The notes beneath the pieces were generated by a model that saw nothing but the letters and a program-made list of their open reading frames with translations, made no database searches and was not told the origin of the DNA. From positions 51,274,001 to 51,338,000 of the forward strand of contig NC_043014.1 in the NCBI RefSeq assembly GCF_006345805.1: DNA of 64,000 nt, in the 5' to 3' direction. This document shows, piece after piece, positions 24,532-39,501 of this stretch; position 1 is the first letter of the stretch, and each line of letters begins with the position of its first letter. Source of the stretch: Octopus sinensis (taxonomy: Eukaryota). Both the position numbers and the translations under genes were made by a program.

Positions 24532-25746
24532 TATATATATTTGTCTTTCTTTTCCGGAGAGATAAAAGGCTAATAGATAATTCACAGAGATTAACAGCAA
24601 GATAAGCTAGTTGATAGGAGCGAAAGGCTAAGGTTTTGCTGAGAGTGCACGAGCCATCTGGGTTGTGATAGGATTGTTGTTGGTAATTATGATCTTGAAC
24701 AGAAAAGGCGCACCGCTAGGAATCGAACTCACGACCTGTAGATCGCGAGCCGATTACCGTAACCACTGTGATACGCACTTTCACGGCAGATGTCTGTAGG
24801 GATGAACTGGATGTTATTGAATGGTAGATGCAGTGATGATGATGATAGCAAAGGAACCTCTTCTTACTAAATTGCGGAGGTAGAATTACCAGGCATGGGG
24901 TAGAAAGGGCTCCTTAGCCGCAGTGAAGGCAATCTATCTAGGGAGATAACCTTACAATAAATCACTGGGTCCGTAGCTTAGAAATACTGGGTTGACGTCC
25001 AGCGGGAACAGCTTTGTTTCATGGAGGAGGAAAGATCTTCTTTAGTACTTGGTTGTACAATGCTTTCCAATGTGTGTAGTAGTGGCGCGCGCACACATTA
25101 TTAGCCATTTGAAAAGACTATGAAAGTCTCGACCACTGTCGAACAATGATGATGATGATGATTACCAGGCATACTTTCTTTCGAATTATCCACGAAGGAA
25201 TTGAAGAAAACGGACGAAAATAGAGAATAACGTTTTAAACGTGATTTCTTCAGTGGTTTCGAGGAGGTAGTTACGTAGATATAATTTTGTTTTCATATAC
25301 TTCTCGTACGTGAATAACCACTGCGGATATATATATATAAATATATAACAGAGAAAAACTATGCTATGAATACCAGAAAATTAGTCGGTGGTTGTCTGCC
25401 AGTTCCAAGTTTGGAGAAAGAATACAACAGACGACGTTTCTCTGTAAATAACACTTCTAAGAAGAAGAAGAAGAGGAGAAGGCGGAGGAGGAGGAGGAGG
25501 AGGAGGAAAGAAAGCAGAAGCGTTAGAGGTGCTTAACACGGTTAAGATGTTGGCAGGTGCATATATGCTCTGTCATGTGTGTAGAAATAGCGAAACTGAA
25601 GACTAAATAAATATTAGCAGTTATTCCATTCCATGAAGACGTTGGTAACATTTCTGTTGAGTGGTACTCGGTGACTAACAACTTATATATTAATCATTGC
25701 ACGCCTGCTGCCACACACACCACACCGCATACACACAGAGTATATG

Positions 25747-25749
<3 letters not shown>
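23289..25749. repeat. 1251-bp tandem duplication bounded by (TA)n
   Basis: Constant offset of 1251 checked at start (23311/24562) and end (24487/25738); no differences noticed by eye. Confidence 0.95.
23646..23909 (+). mobile_element. 264-bp non-autonomous element with RTE 3' tail and 12-bp TSD (second copy 24897-25160)
   Basis: TSD ATTACCAGGCAT at 23634-23645 and 23910-23921; the 3' end TCGACCACTGTCGAACAA(TGA)n matches the end of the RTE at 42074. Confidence 0.8.
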
Positions 25750-25791
<42 letters not shown>

Positions 25792-26555
25792 ATGCTCAGT
25801 TAAAGAGATATAGTTATGCGAATACACATGCAATATCTTAACATTTATATATGCCTAGTTATGTTTGAATGCGTATATGTGCATGTATATATATATATAT
25901 ATATGTCTGTGTGTGTGTGTGTATACACATTTATTTATGTATGTATATACAAGAGGATTCTTTGGTAAGAGAAGCGGAAAGAAATTTTAAACATTGTATG
26001 AGATACTCGAGAACATGCAATAATTTGAAAATGATTTTAGCATTATAGCTAAGAGATGAGTTTATTAGTTCAAATCTTAAAACGGGAGCGTGCACCTACC
26101 CTTGCTCGCCAAAAGAAAAAAGCGAAAATTTATTAAGGTCTGAAGTCGAAAACCTTTTTACCAAAGAGGAAACGGGCAGCGTTGAGATATATATAATTTC
26201 ATACGATATTTCAACCTGAAATTCGCAAGTAGACAGAGGGACATCTGCTCAAGATTCACTTCATGAAGTTATCGCGATTGCGAAGATTTTAGAACCGAAG
26301 AGAAGTTCTATGAATTGCGATGGGTTTTCCTTTGCCAACGTAAAGCGTGACGCGGTTGGAAATGAGATTTAGCTGCAGATATTACGGAGTGGATTAACTT
26401 CGCAGAATTTTCATTGAATAAATTATGTTAATTCATCATTGTCGATATTTTATAGATCAAATGAAGGATGCACTCACATGGAAACATATTCTGTGTGTAT
26501 ATATATATGTTTAGCAGGGGTAAGAGTGACTCAAGGTGCGCGAGTGTCGCCTTAG

Positions 26556-26682
26556 CCGCAGGTGTGTTGTAGGAAGTTTTCTTCCCAAACACACGGTTTC
26601 AGGTTCAGTCCCAGTGCTTGGCAACTTGGGCAAGTGTCTTCTAGTATGGCCTCGGGCCGACTAAAGCATTGTGAGTGAATTT
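26556..26682 (+). mobile_element. SINE family A, 5' fragment
   Basis: GGTTCAGTCCCAGTG..TTGGGCAAGTGTCTTCTAG..CTCGGGCCGACTAAAGC. Confidence 0.8.
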
Positions 26683-28434
26683 ACACAACACTGGCAGATC
26701 CGTTATCTCCAAAGGATTAGAAATACAAATGAACAGAACATGCATTTGACGTCTTTAAAAGTTTCATTTCCGTTTCCGTAACACCTTTCGCAATTTGGTA
26801 AGTTACAGAAACGGAGCTCCGTTATATTTGTCTCCACTCCAAAATTTTTTAGCAGACGTTGAACACAGTTCGCTCGCAGACATTCATATTGGCCAGCGTT
26901 AACTGTTGAGATAGAGGCGAATTTCGGAGTACCTTGAGAAAAGGAGAAATTTCTTGGTTGGTTCGAGGCGTAAAATTACGACTAATTCTATATTCGTTAC
27001 AATCGAATCAGCTCAGGAAAATCAAATATGAAGAAAGGCCACACTAATATTGTCTGTTAGTCGTCGCCTACCGTTTTTGTCCGTTTTCCATGCGAGTCTA
27101 AGTGCAAAACTGGTTAAGGAAACGGAAAGGTAAATTAATTTCCTCAGACTTCAAGTGCATATTCAATATTTCACTATATATGTATATATACATATATATA
27201 TGTATATATATATATGTATATATACACACACACATATCCACATCTCTCTTACGTGAGTGCACGTATTAAATATAATTTGTTTACAATCTAATCGCATATA
27301 TATTAAGAATATCTATCTACTTACCAACCTACACGTATATATATATATATATATATATATACGTGTGTGTTTAATATTTCCATACATATAAATATAATGT
27401 TCCGCAAAGATACGAGATGTATTGCCTTGATATCAATAAATGTTGATGATTATATACACATTGATATATGTATACAGATATTCGCACACACACACACACA
27501 CACACACACATAGTCATACACACATGTATATGTGAGGGTGAAAGAGAAGATAAACCAATCGAAAACCGGAACACAAACAGACACGAATACATAAAATCAA
27601 TATTCGTGGGTTTCATAGAAATCTTAGTCTAATTAAAACTATATTAATATTCTCTTGCTGATCAGCCAACTAATATATGATGGAGGATATGTTTCCAATG
27701 ATATTTGTACTAAAGAAGGAAAGCTTTAAATTATTGTTGGTTTCCAATAAGTATTATTGGTTGCGTAGACGCAGGTATGGCTTTTAGTTTACGAGGTTCG
27801 TTTCGAATCTAAATGCTTTTGGGTTCGATCTAAATGGCAGCAACTTGAGCGAAATTTTCCTGCTGTAGACGTGGTTTGTCAAAGATATGTGATTGAGATT
27901 TAGTCAAACGGAATCTTTGTGGAAGAGCCTTGGAGCCACTGTTCTTTGTCTGTGTTTAATAGACAAAATTTGTCGCGCTTTTGCTGCCTGATGCCAAACA
28001 GCTGGGTTTTCTTTTCAATACAGCGGAGCTTATCGCCGTTCTAAATATTTGGAAGGGTCTGCAGTGTTCAGATAACAACCCTTTAGCTACCCAACAGACG
28101 AACCACGATACGTTCCCATTTCTGGTTAAAGTTTTCGAAAAAACAATCAACAAAAAAAAAATCAATGGTTTCTCTCGTTGTCGTCTTTAGTCCCATATCA
28201 GTCATCGATTAAGAAAGTTATCAATATTTTGAAAGTTTGAACGTTACCGTTTCTATTAAGCATCAAGAACAGGCTGTCTAATGCGTTCTATACTCATTGA
28301 AGCGGAATGTTCGATTTACTTGGTGTCTTCCTGATTGAATGGAACTCGCCGATCACGGAGAACAGGAAATGGATAAAAACTTCAATAGAGTTTTATTAGT
28401 TTGATCCGTGACTCCTGTTCAAATCGTCTGTCAG

Positions 28435-28985
28435 TCTGTGTATATATGTATATGTGTGTAAGTGTGTATATGTATGAGTGTGTATATGTATGTATGTGTA
28501 TATATATATATGTATGTGTATATATATATGTATGTATTTGTGTGTGTATATATATATATGTGCGTATATATGTGTATGTGCGTATATATATATGTGTATG
28601 TGCGTGTATATATATATGTGTGTATATATACATGTGTGTGTCTTTATATATATGTATGTGTGTATATATGTGTGTATAGATATGTATGTTTTGTGTGTGT
28701 GTAGATGTGCGTGTGTAGATGTGTGTGTGTAGATGTGTGTGTGTAGATGTGCGTGTGTAGGTGTGTGTGTAGATGTGTGTGTGTAGATGTGTGTGTGTAG
28801 ATATGTATGTTTTGTGTGTGTTTAGATGTGTGTGTATATATGGATTTGTGTATATATATATATATATATATATGCATGTTTCCATATTTGTGTATATGTG
28901 TGTATAAGTATGTATCTGTGCGTCTATGTACATCCCTGCGTATATATGCATGCCTGTATATGCGTGTACGTGTGTGGGAATATAT
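28435..28985. repeat. (TG)/(TA) compound repeat with GTAGATGTGTGT units
   Basis: Seen directly. Confidence 0.9.
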
Positions 28986-29349
28986 GCATGTAAATGTTGG
29001 AAGATGCTGCGTATATTTATTGGTAAACGAAAGAAAACGCTTGGACACTAATGGAATCCTCGCCAAACGACATATACAACAACGTGTGCGTGTATATATA
29101 TATATATATATACTTATTAATAAAGAGTGCAAACACACACGTTACTCATAGTCACACACACTTATGGATATATAAACATCCGTGTGTTCGGGTTTGTGTA
29201 GATACATGTCTATATAAAATCATTTCTACTTTTTTTATAGAGTCACGGCAATCACTGCTAATCCATCAGTGACTTGGACAGAGTTATAGATTGTGTAGAA
29301 TTCTGCTGAATTTGTTTTATTGCAAAAACACCATTAAATATTACTGCCC

Positions 29350-29382
<33 letters not shown>

Positions 29383-29689
29383 TACAGTCTGATATACATA
29401 ACTAGAGGGATTTCTGAGGGGGAAAGATGGAGATAGGCTGATATACGGAATTAGGGGCGGGGTGAGTTTGGGAAGTGAGTGGAGCTTAAGGAGACAAAGC
29501 CTGGAAAAGTATAACATTCTGAAAGTATGCCACAATTAACGTAGTATTTCCGACCAATTTTCATTCCGTCCCCCACCACCACTACCACCATAAAAGCCAT
29601 TTACGAGCAAAAAAGGCATTGTCGACATATGTAATGTCACGTGGAGAAATATCTAGATGCCGATTGCAGAACACTGGCCTTTTACTCAT

Positions 29690-30030
29690 GTTACTACTAC
29701 TACTACTACTGTTGTTATTATCACTATTATTATTATTATTATTATTATTATTACACCACCACCGCCGCTAGTTACCATTACTATGGCTACTATTACTACG
29801 ACGACCAAAAACACCGCCCCGACCACCTCCGCCGCGACCGTCACCCAAACTATCACTACAGCTACAACAGCCACTACTACAACCTGTACTACCACCACCA
29901 CCACCACAACTACCGCCGCTGCCATGGCAACCACCATCACTAAAACAACCACCAGAATCACCACCACCACTACTACTACTATTACTACTACTACTACGAC
30001 TAATAATAATAATAATAACAGCAGCAGCGG
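29690..30030. repeat. mixed trinucleotide repeats (ACT/ATT/ACC/AAT/AGC)
   Basis: Seen directly. Confidence 0.85.
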
Positions 30031-30381
30031 CACGAGTGGTTGTAATGCATTTTTGTTAAATGTGGTACATTGACTGCAAAACCCGATTGGTGTATGTATT
30101 AATTTTTAAAAAATAAGTGAGTCTATGTATATGTGTGTATATATGTGTGTTTGTGTTGGAGCGGTTTTGACCTTTAAAACATGTCTGCTGCATTAAGACT
30201 TCTTTCCTCCTCACCCCCACCCCATTTACTTCTTCCCCACCCATCCCTCACTCTTGCTCACTTCACAAATATAACATCTCATTTCTTTTCTTTCCGTTTT
30301 CTCTCTTTCTCACTCCACTACTCGTATATATACACACATATAGAGCCAGGCAGCTGGACCGAATCATATATTTGTGGGGAC

Positions 30382-30416
<35 letters not shown>

Positions 30417-32020
30417 TCTGTGTGTTCTTATGGACATTTTGAGGATTCCGCTGTATTGCACCTTGAGCAAATATTTTGGTCACAGCTTCACTTGATCGAA
30501 CAAGCGATTGGTCAGTTTCGATATGCACATAAACATATGTACGGGCTATAGATAGCTATAAAATTTTGTGTGGATACACACACACACACACACACATATG
30601 TATACATACATACATTTTATATATATATATATATATACATGCGCTCTCTTTAAATGCGATGCCTGATTTTGAAACTAATATACATAGATAAAATTGTTTA
30701 TTTAGAACGCACACGGGCTCGCATACACACATGTATAAACATGTGCGTGTGTGTGTATGTATGTATGCATGTATGTATGTATATCTCGTAATACATGTAT
30801 GTATATAATGCGACAAATACTTCGTTACTCGCGTGATTACACCGTGTAACATATTTCTCTATGGAAGTGTTGCTATTTTAAGCGTTCAGCCTATATTAAT
30901 CACGAACTGTGGTGAACTCGGTTCCGGAAGGAAGCCACCAAAATATGTCACCACTTTGCTGGAATCCTTTGGTACTAATCTATACACTCTCTCTCTCTCC
31001 TAAGCCGACTTAGACCGTTGTTCCTGTAATTTGTCTAAACCATATTTTCAAAGTATTACATGAGATGACATATCAGTTCTGTTTGTAAGCAAGTTTGCTT
31101 TTATATTTCGATGGATATCCAATCTATTTCGATATTCACACAACTAAAAGCAAATAAATATTTTTTTAATAAATATTTTTGAACAATACATTTAAGGATG
31201 TGTTATTTATCCACCAGGCCTTTATCCGAGTCTCTTAACTAACTTGATCTAATTAAGAATCAAGCTATTGACTCGGTAGATCATCTTCCTTCTACGATCT
31301 TGGAGTCTTTGGCTCATCACCGAAACGTGTCTTCGTTGTGGCTAATCGATGAACACTGTTTCGATGAGCTTTCGACCGTAGTACTCAGATACCTGCTTCT
31401 TTTCCCAGTTGCATAGTTTCTCTGTTGAACTGCCTGTTAGTCATAAATCTTTTCACCATTATCTTTCCTTAAGCAGCTGCTCTCTGAATCTCACTTGTTT
31501 TCTTCTGGCTCAGGATATTCAATCCTTTAAAATTTCTATCAGTCGACATTTTTTGAATTTGTAAGCTCCTTCTTGTCCCTATTTGTAGCCCTTTATGCTT
31601 ACAGTGGTCTCAAAGATCTATAATTCGGAAGTAATACTCACTCGGTATTCATAAATTTTCTGTAAGCTTGGGTGATTATATGTCGCTAGTTTAGCACAAC
31701 AAACAGAATGAAATAACACCCCTAATGTTACTCTAATCTGAACGTACAGATTTGACATATCAATGCATGAGTTGTAGGTTCCTGAGTAAAAAATAGATGA
31801 TGGGGGTGGGGGGTCGCATGGAACATCTTTAAGTAGCTGCACTTGAAATATGTCTCTAGGATAAACAGTCAACAAGACGAATCGATTGAAATAATAATAG
31901 ATTTATGTTTATTGTAGATTTTTGTCTTAATGGTATTAGATTCTAATCCCGATCAAAGGATAATAATAAATGAATGAATGAATGAATGAATGATGACGAT
32001 GACGGCGACGGCTACTAATA

Positions 32021-32140
32021 TAGGCACAAGGCCTGACATTTGGTGGGAGGTTGGCAGTCGATTAGATCGCCCCCAATACGCAAATGATACTTAATTTATC
32101 GAGCCCGAAAGGATGAAATGCAAATTTGACCCCGGTGCAA
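32021..32140 (-). mobile_element. SINE family B, 3' fragment
   Basis: AGGCACAAGGCCTGA..TACTTAATTTATCGAGCCCGAAAGGATGAAA. Confidence 0.75.
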
Positions 32141-33290
32141 TTATGATAATCAAATTTCAATACTTATCGTTCATTAGTTAATTTATGGACAGTTAGAAAA
32201 TGTCTTTCGATATTCTTCCGAAAGGGTAAAGTTTCCGCACGATTGTATCTCAAGCAGATCCCATTTATTTGTTTAAAAAGCAGAATTGAACAGTCGAATT
32301 TACGATAGAAGAAACGTGATCCGGGTGCTGTGCGAAGAGATAGACCTTGGAATCTCATGTTTTCTAAGTGAAACGTTTTAACCACTGAATTATGCTTTCG
32401 CCTCCATTTATTTACATGTCGACCTATTTCAACGATCTTCATGGCCATGTTGTAAACATGTCAGTCTGACAATTCTGTCGATACTTAGAATATCAGAGAG
32501 AGAAAGAGGAAGATAGAGAGAGAGAAAGAAAGAAAGAGAGAGAGAGAGAAGACCTGATATGTTTGATCAAAATATTAGATAATGTCTTTTCTCAGCTAAG
32601 TACAGGAAGGTACATTACAGCGTTGAATAATGAGAAAAATCGGAATGGCCTAAAGCGATAGTAATTTCAACACAGACGCCATTTTGGTTACCGTTAGCAA
32701 GTTTTAGAATACGTAAATCTCTTTAGCTTGGCGCGAAATTGGAGGAATTAGAACGAGAACAAACACATACGCAATACACACACACACATTTTTATAAAAC
32801 ATGAGATACATATACGAAGTAATAGAAGATCCTGAATAACTATTTCATTTGTTAGATTAAGTTATTCTTAATGTTTCCAACTTTTACTTGCATTTGATTT
32901 CGTATCTAGGGGATATTATCATTATGCATATTTATGTTACAGGTGAAGGCGAGATGTAGGGGACAGAACAGTCGTGACGTATCATTAATGAAAAACGTCG
33001 ATTACCTATATCGAATATTATCGATTTCTTACCATTTATTTTGCATTTACTTGCTTACTTTCCGTCACACAATCACTGAGTTTACATAGCTGTGTGTGTG
33101 TGTGTGTGTGTACAAATGTACATACGTATGTGCGTGTATATAAATATATATACGTATGTGTGTGTGTGTACATCATGCTCATGCATATTCTTCCTACATT
33201 TGCTGTCACATGTACTTATATTTTTTTAACGATCCACTTTCGTCCCACATTCAATTAGTACACACACACACATATATTCTTTCCTACTCT

Positions 33291-33490
33291 AGGCACAAGG
33301 CCCAAAATTTTTGGGGAGGAGGTCAGTCAATTAGATCGACCACAGTACGCAACTGCTACTTAATTTATCGACCCCGAAATTTTTCGATGAAAGGTGAAGT
33401 CGATCTCGGTGGAATTTGAACTCAGACTGAAAAGACACGAAATGCTAAGCTTTTCGCCAGGCGTGCTAACGTTTCTGCCAACTCGCCGCC
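33291..33490 (-). mobile_element. SINE family B
   Basis: Ends CGTGCTAACGTTTCTGCCAACTCGCCGCC, the reverse complement of the family head. Confidence 0.85.
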
Positions 33491-35320
33491 ATACACACAC
33501 GTATATATTGTCAGTCAATGGACAGTATTATTTCAACAGAAAATGCTCTATTCGTGGCAATTGAGTTGTTTTGACACTTATTTCTAGCAATGCTGGTTCT
33601 GACTGGCACCAGCATTGTCAGTTTTAGTTACGTTTGAATTCTACCTTTTATATATATTTCTACCATATATATGTGTGTGTGTGTGTACGTAATTGTGTGT
33701 GTGTATATATGTGTGTATATTTATATTTATATATGTCTGTGTGTTTGGGAAAGGTATTGAATGTATGGTTGTATGTATAGATATACATATTTAAATCTGT
33801 GGATTTATATAGACATGCTTGCATACATACATACATACATACGTATGTATGTTGAGACAGATTGTTAACGTGATGTTTAATGTTACAGGGTTGATGGTTT
33901 GAATAAAGACGTATATATGTATATATATAAAAACTGAAAGAACGAAAAATATTTCCAGAAATGGTTTATTCTTGCACTGTCTGCGCTCGACGTATCATTC
34001 GTGTCTGTTCGTGAAATTGTATTGAAATCGTGTACAGAAACATACACCCGAACACGTAGAATTTCACACCTACATATTTCCTTTCTGTAGCTCAGTATTT
34101 TATGGCTGTATATAAAAGTCTACACACTACCACCCCTCTCTCTCTCTTTCTCTATCTCCCTCTCTTTCTATCTCTCTCTTTCTCTCTCACACACATTTAT
34201 ACTATATGGGTGATTGTTGGAAAGCAGTGATGTAATATAGACAGATATACCTACATATGCAAATATATGAAGAAATATATGCATATGTAGAGATACACAT
34301 GCAATGTGTTTATATATATATATATATTTATATACACGTTATATTTGTCTACATACACGTTATATTTAAGTTTGTGTGTATACATGTGTATATAGATATT
34401 AAGATATATTTAGATACATATATATACATTTAGATATATGTATAAAGATGTATATGCATGTGCATAATATACTTACATGTACCCATAAACATACGTGTGC
34501 ATGTATATATGCACATTATATATAATATATGAATGTATATATATATATATATATATGTCGGTTAATGACTAGTTTGCATTACTCGTTTGCAACATTTATG
34601 TTGCCTGTGCATCTATACAAGAATGAACCGCATAGAAGAATTTTCTCTTCTGGTTGTCTCTCGCCATTATATACACACATATACAGATACGTTTTTTTTT
34701 TTCACTATAAAATACCGCTTAAAATAGGAGGGGAGTAAAAAAACAAAAAAATTAAGAATTAAAAAAAAAATCATATAATAAAACCAGCAACAACAACATA
34801 ACATTAATTCTTTCGTTTTTTTTTTTTTTTGCATTCCTTTTTGCTCGATCCATTAGACGAGACTGCATCAGAATAAAATGGTAATTTCGTGCCTCTATTA
34901 TAAGAGGAAAATAAAGAAATAGTCAGTTTAATAGATGGCGCAGTGGTTATAAAACCGAAATTAAAGCAATTACCTCTAGTTGACCTACATGTCTTTAATA
35001 GATAAGTAGGGTATGTGTCTGACTTTACGTCGCTTTATTCTCTCTGCTTTTTACTTTACAGGCTTACGATGATGTATAAGTGTATATATATATATATCTG
35101 TGTGTGTATACATGTATAATGCAAATTATATATATGTATATATAAATACATGTATATATATATGAATGTATGTAGTGTGTGTACGTGAGTAAATAAGCGT
35201 ATATGTATATATCTATATGCATATATATACAGGTATGTATGTATATATATATATATATATGCCTTCACATGTATACATATGATTATACATAGCAGGCCTG
35301 TATATATATGCATATATATG

Positions 35321-35368
<48 letters not shown>

Positions 35369-35712
35369 ATGCCTTCACATGTATACATATGATTATACAT
35401 AACAGGCCTGTATACATATGCATATATGTATATATGCCTAAACACAAACTATTTATATATGTATAAATATATATACATGCATGTGTTTATATATCTCCAT
35501 ATATTATATCTTCATTTACTATATATATATATATGCTTATATACATGTGCATATGTCTCCTTCTGTGCATAATATACATATTCACTAAATGTATACATAT
35601 ATGCATGCACATATATACGCATGCATAAACATATATGCATGCGCACACTTAGACCTATCTATCCATGTACATAAATATAATACACACACACACACACATA
35701 CACACATACATA

Positions 35713-35792
<80 letters not shown>

Positions 35793-36109
35793 GTACTGCG
35801 TGCAATTTTCGTTGGTTGTTTTTATTCTTTTCTAATGCTTCTCTGCTCACTAGTGACGTTCTCAAAAATAGGTTCAACAAAGGCACCAAAAACTATTTAC
35901 TCTGTATTCTTTTATGAAATAAAAAAAACAAAAGAAAAACACAAAAAAATACAACAAATACAAGAGAAGAACGTAACAACCAAACTGCAGTTAATATCAG
36001 CCTGACCTTATTGGAGTTCACACAAGAACTACAATTCCGCTTATATTTACTCCATTCTTCTCTCTTTCTATATTTTCCTCTTGCTCTCCCCTCCATGTCT
36101 GCATGTGAT

Positions 36110-36174
<65 letters not shown>

Positions 36175-36838
36175 ATATATACAGTTATGTTGCATTCATT
36201 TTTTTTCTTTCTGCTGTGCTCTGTACCTCACTCCCAGGCGTCTCTCTTTTGTCAGTTGCGCATCCAATTTAAATCCGCCGTAAGATTTATAAACGACCTT
36301 TTAATTCACGATGCATTACAATCAATTTATTACTGCCAGCGGAGTCATCTTTAAACCAGCCATCTGACTTACTAGAAATAGAAAGTAAACGCCGCTCAGA
36401 TATCTAACAAACGTTTTAAGAAAGACGTGGCGTAGGACAAAATGTAATCCTACTCGAGATAAATTTTGAGAAAAACGGAATAGTGACAGATGGAATGATT
36501 CTAAATGTAGGCCTGGCTGACCTTCAGTGTACAGTTGCTCATCGAGAACATCATTATCAAGTCTATTGGTCATTTACAGAGTCCTTTTATCTGATTCCAA
36601 TCGCATAATGTCCTTTAGTAAACAATCATATCTTTGAAATCTCAGATCTAGTAAATAATACATGATTAATTCGAAACAACGTAAATAAATAAGCTAAAAA
36701 TGTCTTCTTTGACAGATTAATCGAAAGGTTAAAAGGTTAAGCAAGAGCAACACATTTTTTAAATAGTAGATCGAGTCACCGAAGGAAGCTTTATGTGGTT
36801 ACTTACCTAGCTGCCAAAACTCAGCGAATATTAATATA

Positions 36839-37232
36839 CTAGCAGTATCGCCCGGCATTGCTCGGTTTTGTTTCGACCCTTTAGAATTGGAACTTTTAAA
36901 AAGTAAACATTTTGCATTATGTAGCTTGTTATTCTCTTTAAGTGAACATTTTTCTGGTTGAAATACACCGAAAAATGGCGACACAGCGGTCAAAGAATCG
37001 TAAAAAAATAGGGATTTTCATAGAAAAAAAGCACCTTTTTGATGTAGATAATTATTGGTGTTAACATGGTTCGATTTGAATTTTGTCTTCTACGGAAGGA
37101 AGAGTAAGCCTTCTTCTATCATACTCTCAATTTTGGTCAACTTGCGCCGCAGGGTCCCGGAGGAGATAAATGTTAGTTGAAGGCTACCAAACCTGCCATA
37201 CACAGACAACCTCGGCTTTATATATAGAAAGA
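36839..37232 (-). mobile_element. non-autonomous Helitron
   Basis: Minus strand: 5' TCTTTCTATATATAAAGCC..., 3' CCGAGCAATGCCGGGCGATACTGCTAG; flanked by A36838 and T37233. Confidence 0.88.
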
Positions 37233-37407
37233 TTTTCAAAAGTGAAAACACGATTTCGTACTCCTAGCTACACTATGGTTGAAGAAAATGGTGGGACTCC
37301 GATGTCTTGTGTATCTTTGCTCGCACATCTACAGGTGTTGATTAAAACGAGGAAGAGCCTCACAGTAAATGCTACGCAGCTGAGATTTTGGTAGCAAATA
37401 TATACAC

Positions 37408-37527
37408 GTGTTGTAAGTGGTTTGTTTACTAACCACATGGTTCCGTTTTTGGTCCCATTGCGCGGGACCTTCGGCAAGTGTCTTCTGAAGCGTGGGGGCC
37501 ACCAAAACCTTGTGAGTGGATTTGGTA
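37408..37527 (+). mobile_element. SINE family A, 5' fragment
   Basis: AACCACATGGTTCCG..GGCAAGTGTCTTCT..CCTTGTGAGTGGATTTGGTAG. Confidence 0.75.
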
Positions 37528-37555
37528 GTGGATTTGAACTACCTTTTAAAAATTG

Positions 37556-37879
37556 GTTCTCCGTCGGTTAACGACAACGAGTACTCCCGTTGATCCGATC
37601 AAAGGGACGGACTTCCTCTGAAACTAACGTGCAAGTGGCCGAGCACTCCACAGACACGTGTGCCCTTAATGTAGTTCTCAGGGAGATTCAGCGCGACACA
37701 GTGTAGGACAAGGCTGACCCTTTTTCGGATTGCAAGTACTACTCATTTTTGCTAGTTGAGCGGTCTGTAGCAAAGTGAAATAAAGTGTTTTGCTCAGGAA
37801 ACAACGTTTCGCCGGGTATTGAACTCGCGATTTTACGGCTGTAAGCCGAATACCCTAACCACTAAACCACGTTGCTCAC
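37556..37879 (-). mobile_element. tRNA-derived SINE sharing its 3' tail with family C but with a different middle
   Basis: Reverse-complement head GTGGTTTAGTGGTTAGGGTATTCGGCT..CGAGTTCAATACCCGG; tail GTGTCTGTGGAGTGCTCGGCCACTTGCACGTTAG matches 50478-50512. Confidence 0.8.
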
Positions 37880-38530
37880 AGAACTACCTATCCTATAAAT
37901 TAACACGTAAATGGTTTGATATTTGACTGAAACGAGTCAAGTCTCCGTAGCTGCAAAGCCGAGGGAGTGTGACAAAATCCTGGATGATTTCAGATCTGTG
38001 AAATCCGATAATCTCTACACATCCCACGTACGTACACACACGTTACCATTATTGATGGTCGACCCAATATGGAGGTAAACAATACGCATCAAAGCAGCCT
38101 TGCTGTGGATTGAAAAAATACTATTCTCAAGAATTTGACCAGATGGTTATCGTGATTTTATTCTATAAAGAAAGAAAGAAAATTTTGACAAATCTATTTT
38201 GACAGAACGTTGGAAAACTTTGATGAATCTCAAATGCATTGGAGAAAATAGAAAAAAAAAAATGAAAGCGAAACAAAATAAACTCCATTTTCTTTTTCTA
38301 AAATGAAATTTTAGTTCTATTACGTTTCATTGCATTGCCAATGTCTACTTCTCTGCTGTTCGGAAACTACTTCGCTCAGTAGTCACACTTATTTCTTTAG
38401 TCAAAGATGAACACACACACATACACGCTGGACGTGTGTGTTGCCCTGCCGAGTTCTAACAACTACTTATGATTATTCTTAGGGATTCGCGGATTCGTAA
38501 AATAAATCTATCTGTAGGTAGATATACACC

Positions 38531-38690
38531 TGTCTGTCTGTCTGTCTGCCTGTCTGCCTGTCTGCCCGCCTGTCCGCCTGCCCGCCTGTCCGCCTGCCCG
38601 CCTGCCCGTCTGCCCGTCTGCCCGCCTGCCCGTCTGCCCGTCTGCCCGTCCGTCCGTCCGTCCGTCCGTCCGTCCGTCTGTCTGTCCACA
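38531..38690. repeat. (CTGT)-(CTGC/CCGC)-(CCGT) GC-rich tetranucleotide repeat
   Basis: Seen directly. Confidence 0.9.
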
Positions 38691-39501
38691 CACACACGGA
38701 GAGAAAGAAGAAAGCTATTACTTGTTCTACTATGCCAAATTTGCTCAGATCCTTTTGGTGTTTAAGGCATCCCTTTTCCGGCGTAAAGCGTATTTTAGAG
38801 TTGGAGCGTATCACTTTCCGACTGTGAGATCAACCATTTTATTAGAGAGAAAAAAAGATCGATATTAGCATCTGACTGGGGCTTTGATTATCGAAACTTA
38901 AATGGATGAAAGGAAAAAAAATCTATTTAATCTCAGTGTTATTTGAACTCAGAACGTCACTCGTCAAAGGAAACATTGCAATTTTTCCGATGATGAAGCA
39001 ACTCGGCCAATTCACTGCTCTAGATTTATGTGTGTGTGCGTGCTTGTTTATATATGTGTGTGGATGCGTCTATATATATATATTTATGTGCGTGTGTATA
39101 TATGTGTGTGTGTGTGTACCAAGTTCATGTTTCATAAGAGTACAAAAGGGATGGTAAGACAAAGGATTTGTAATGAGTCAGCTTTGCATTCTTAAATGTC
39201 GTTGGCACCAAACGCGTGACTCCAAGCTACCAAATACTTTTACTGACCTTTGAATTCTGTATCAGCATTTCCACCATTTTGTACAGAGCTTCTAAGGTAG
39301 ATGAACGAATCGACCACCTCAGCTTATCCTCAACAAAAATTTTAACACATTTTAAGATCCACAAATATCAGTACTTATCTGCAGTTCTTGCTGGCCCAAA
39401 TCGGATGTGCAATCTATGTGGGTGTCAATGTGTAGGTACATGAGGTGGTCAAACTCTGCATAAGGAGCACACAACCACCAAGTATATATATATGTATACA
39501 T

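Noticed and set aside
28353-28420. Crossed complementarity TCACGGA/TCCGTGA and GAACAGGA/TCCTGTTC
   Set aside because: Loop lengths 0 and 1 are implausible for an H-type pseudoknot; probably chance.
29657-30073. Thr-rich mucin-like ORF
   Set aside because: Mixed trinucleotide repeat open in several frames; no supported splice context.
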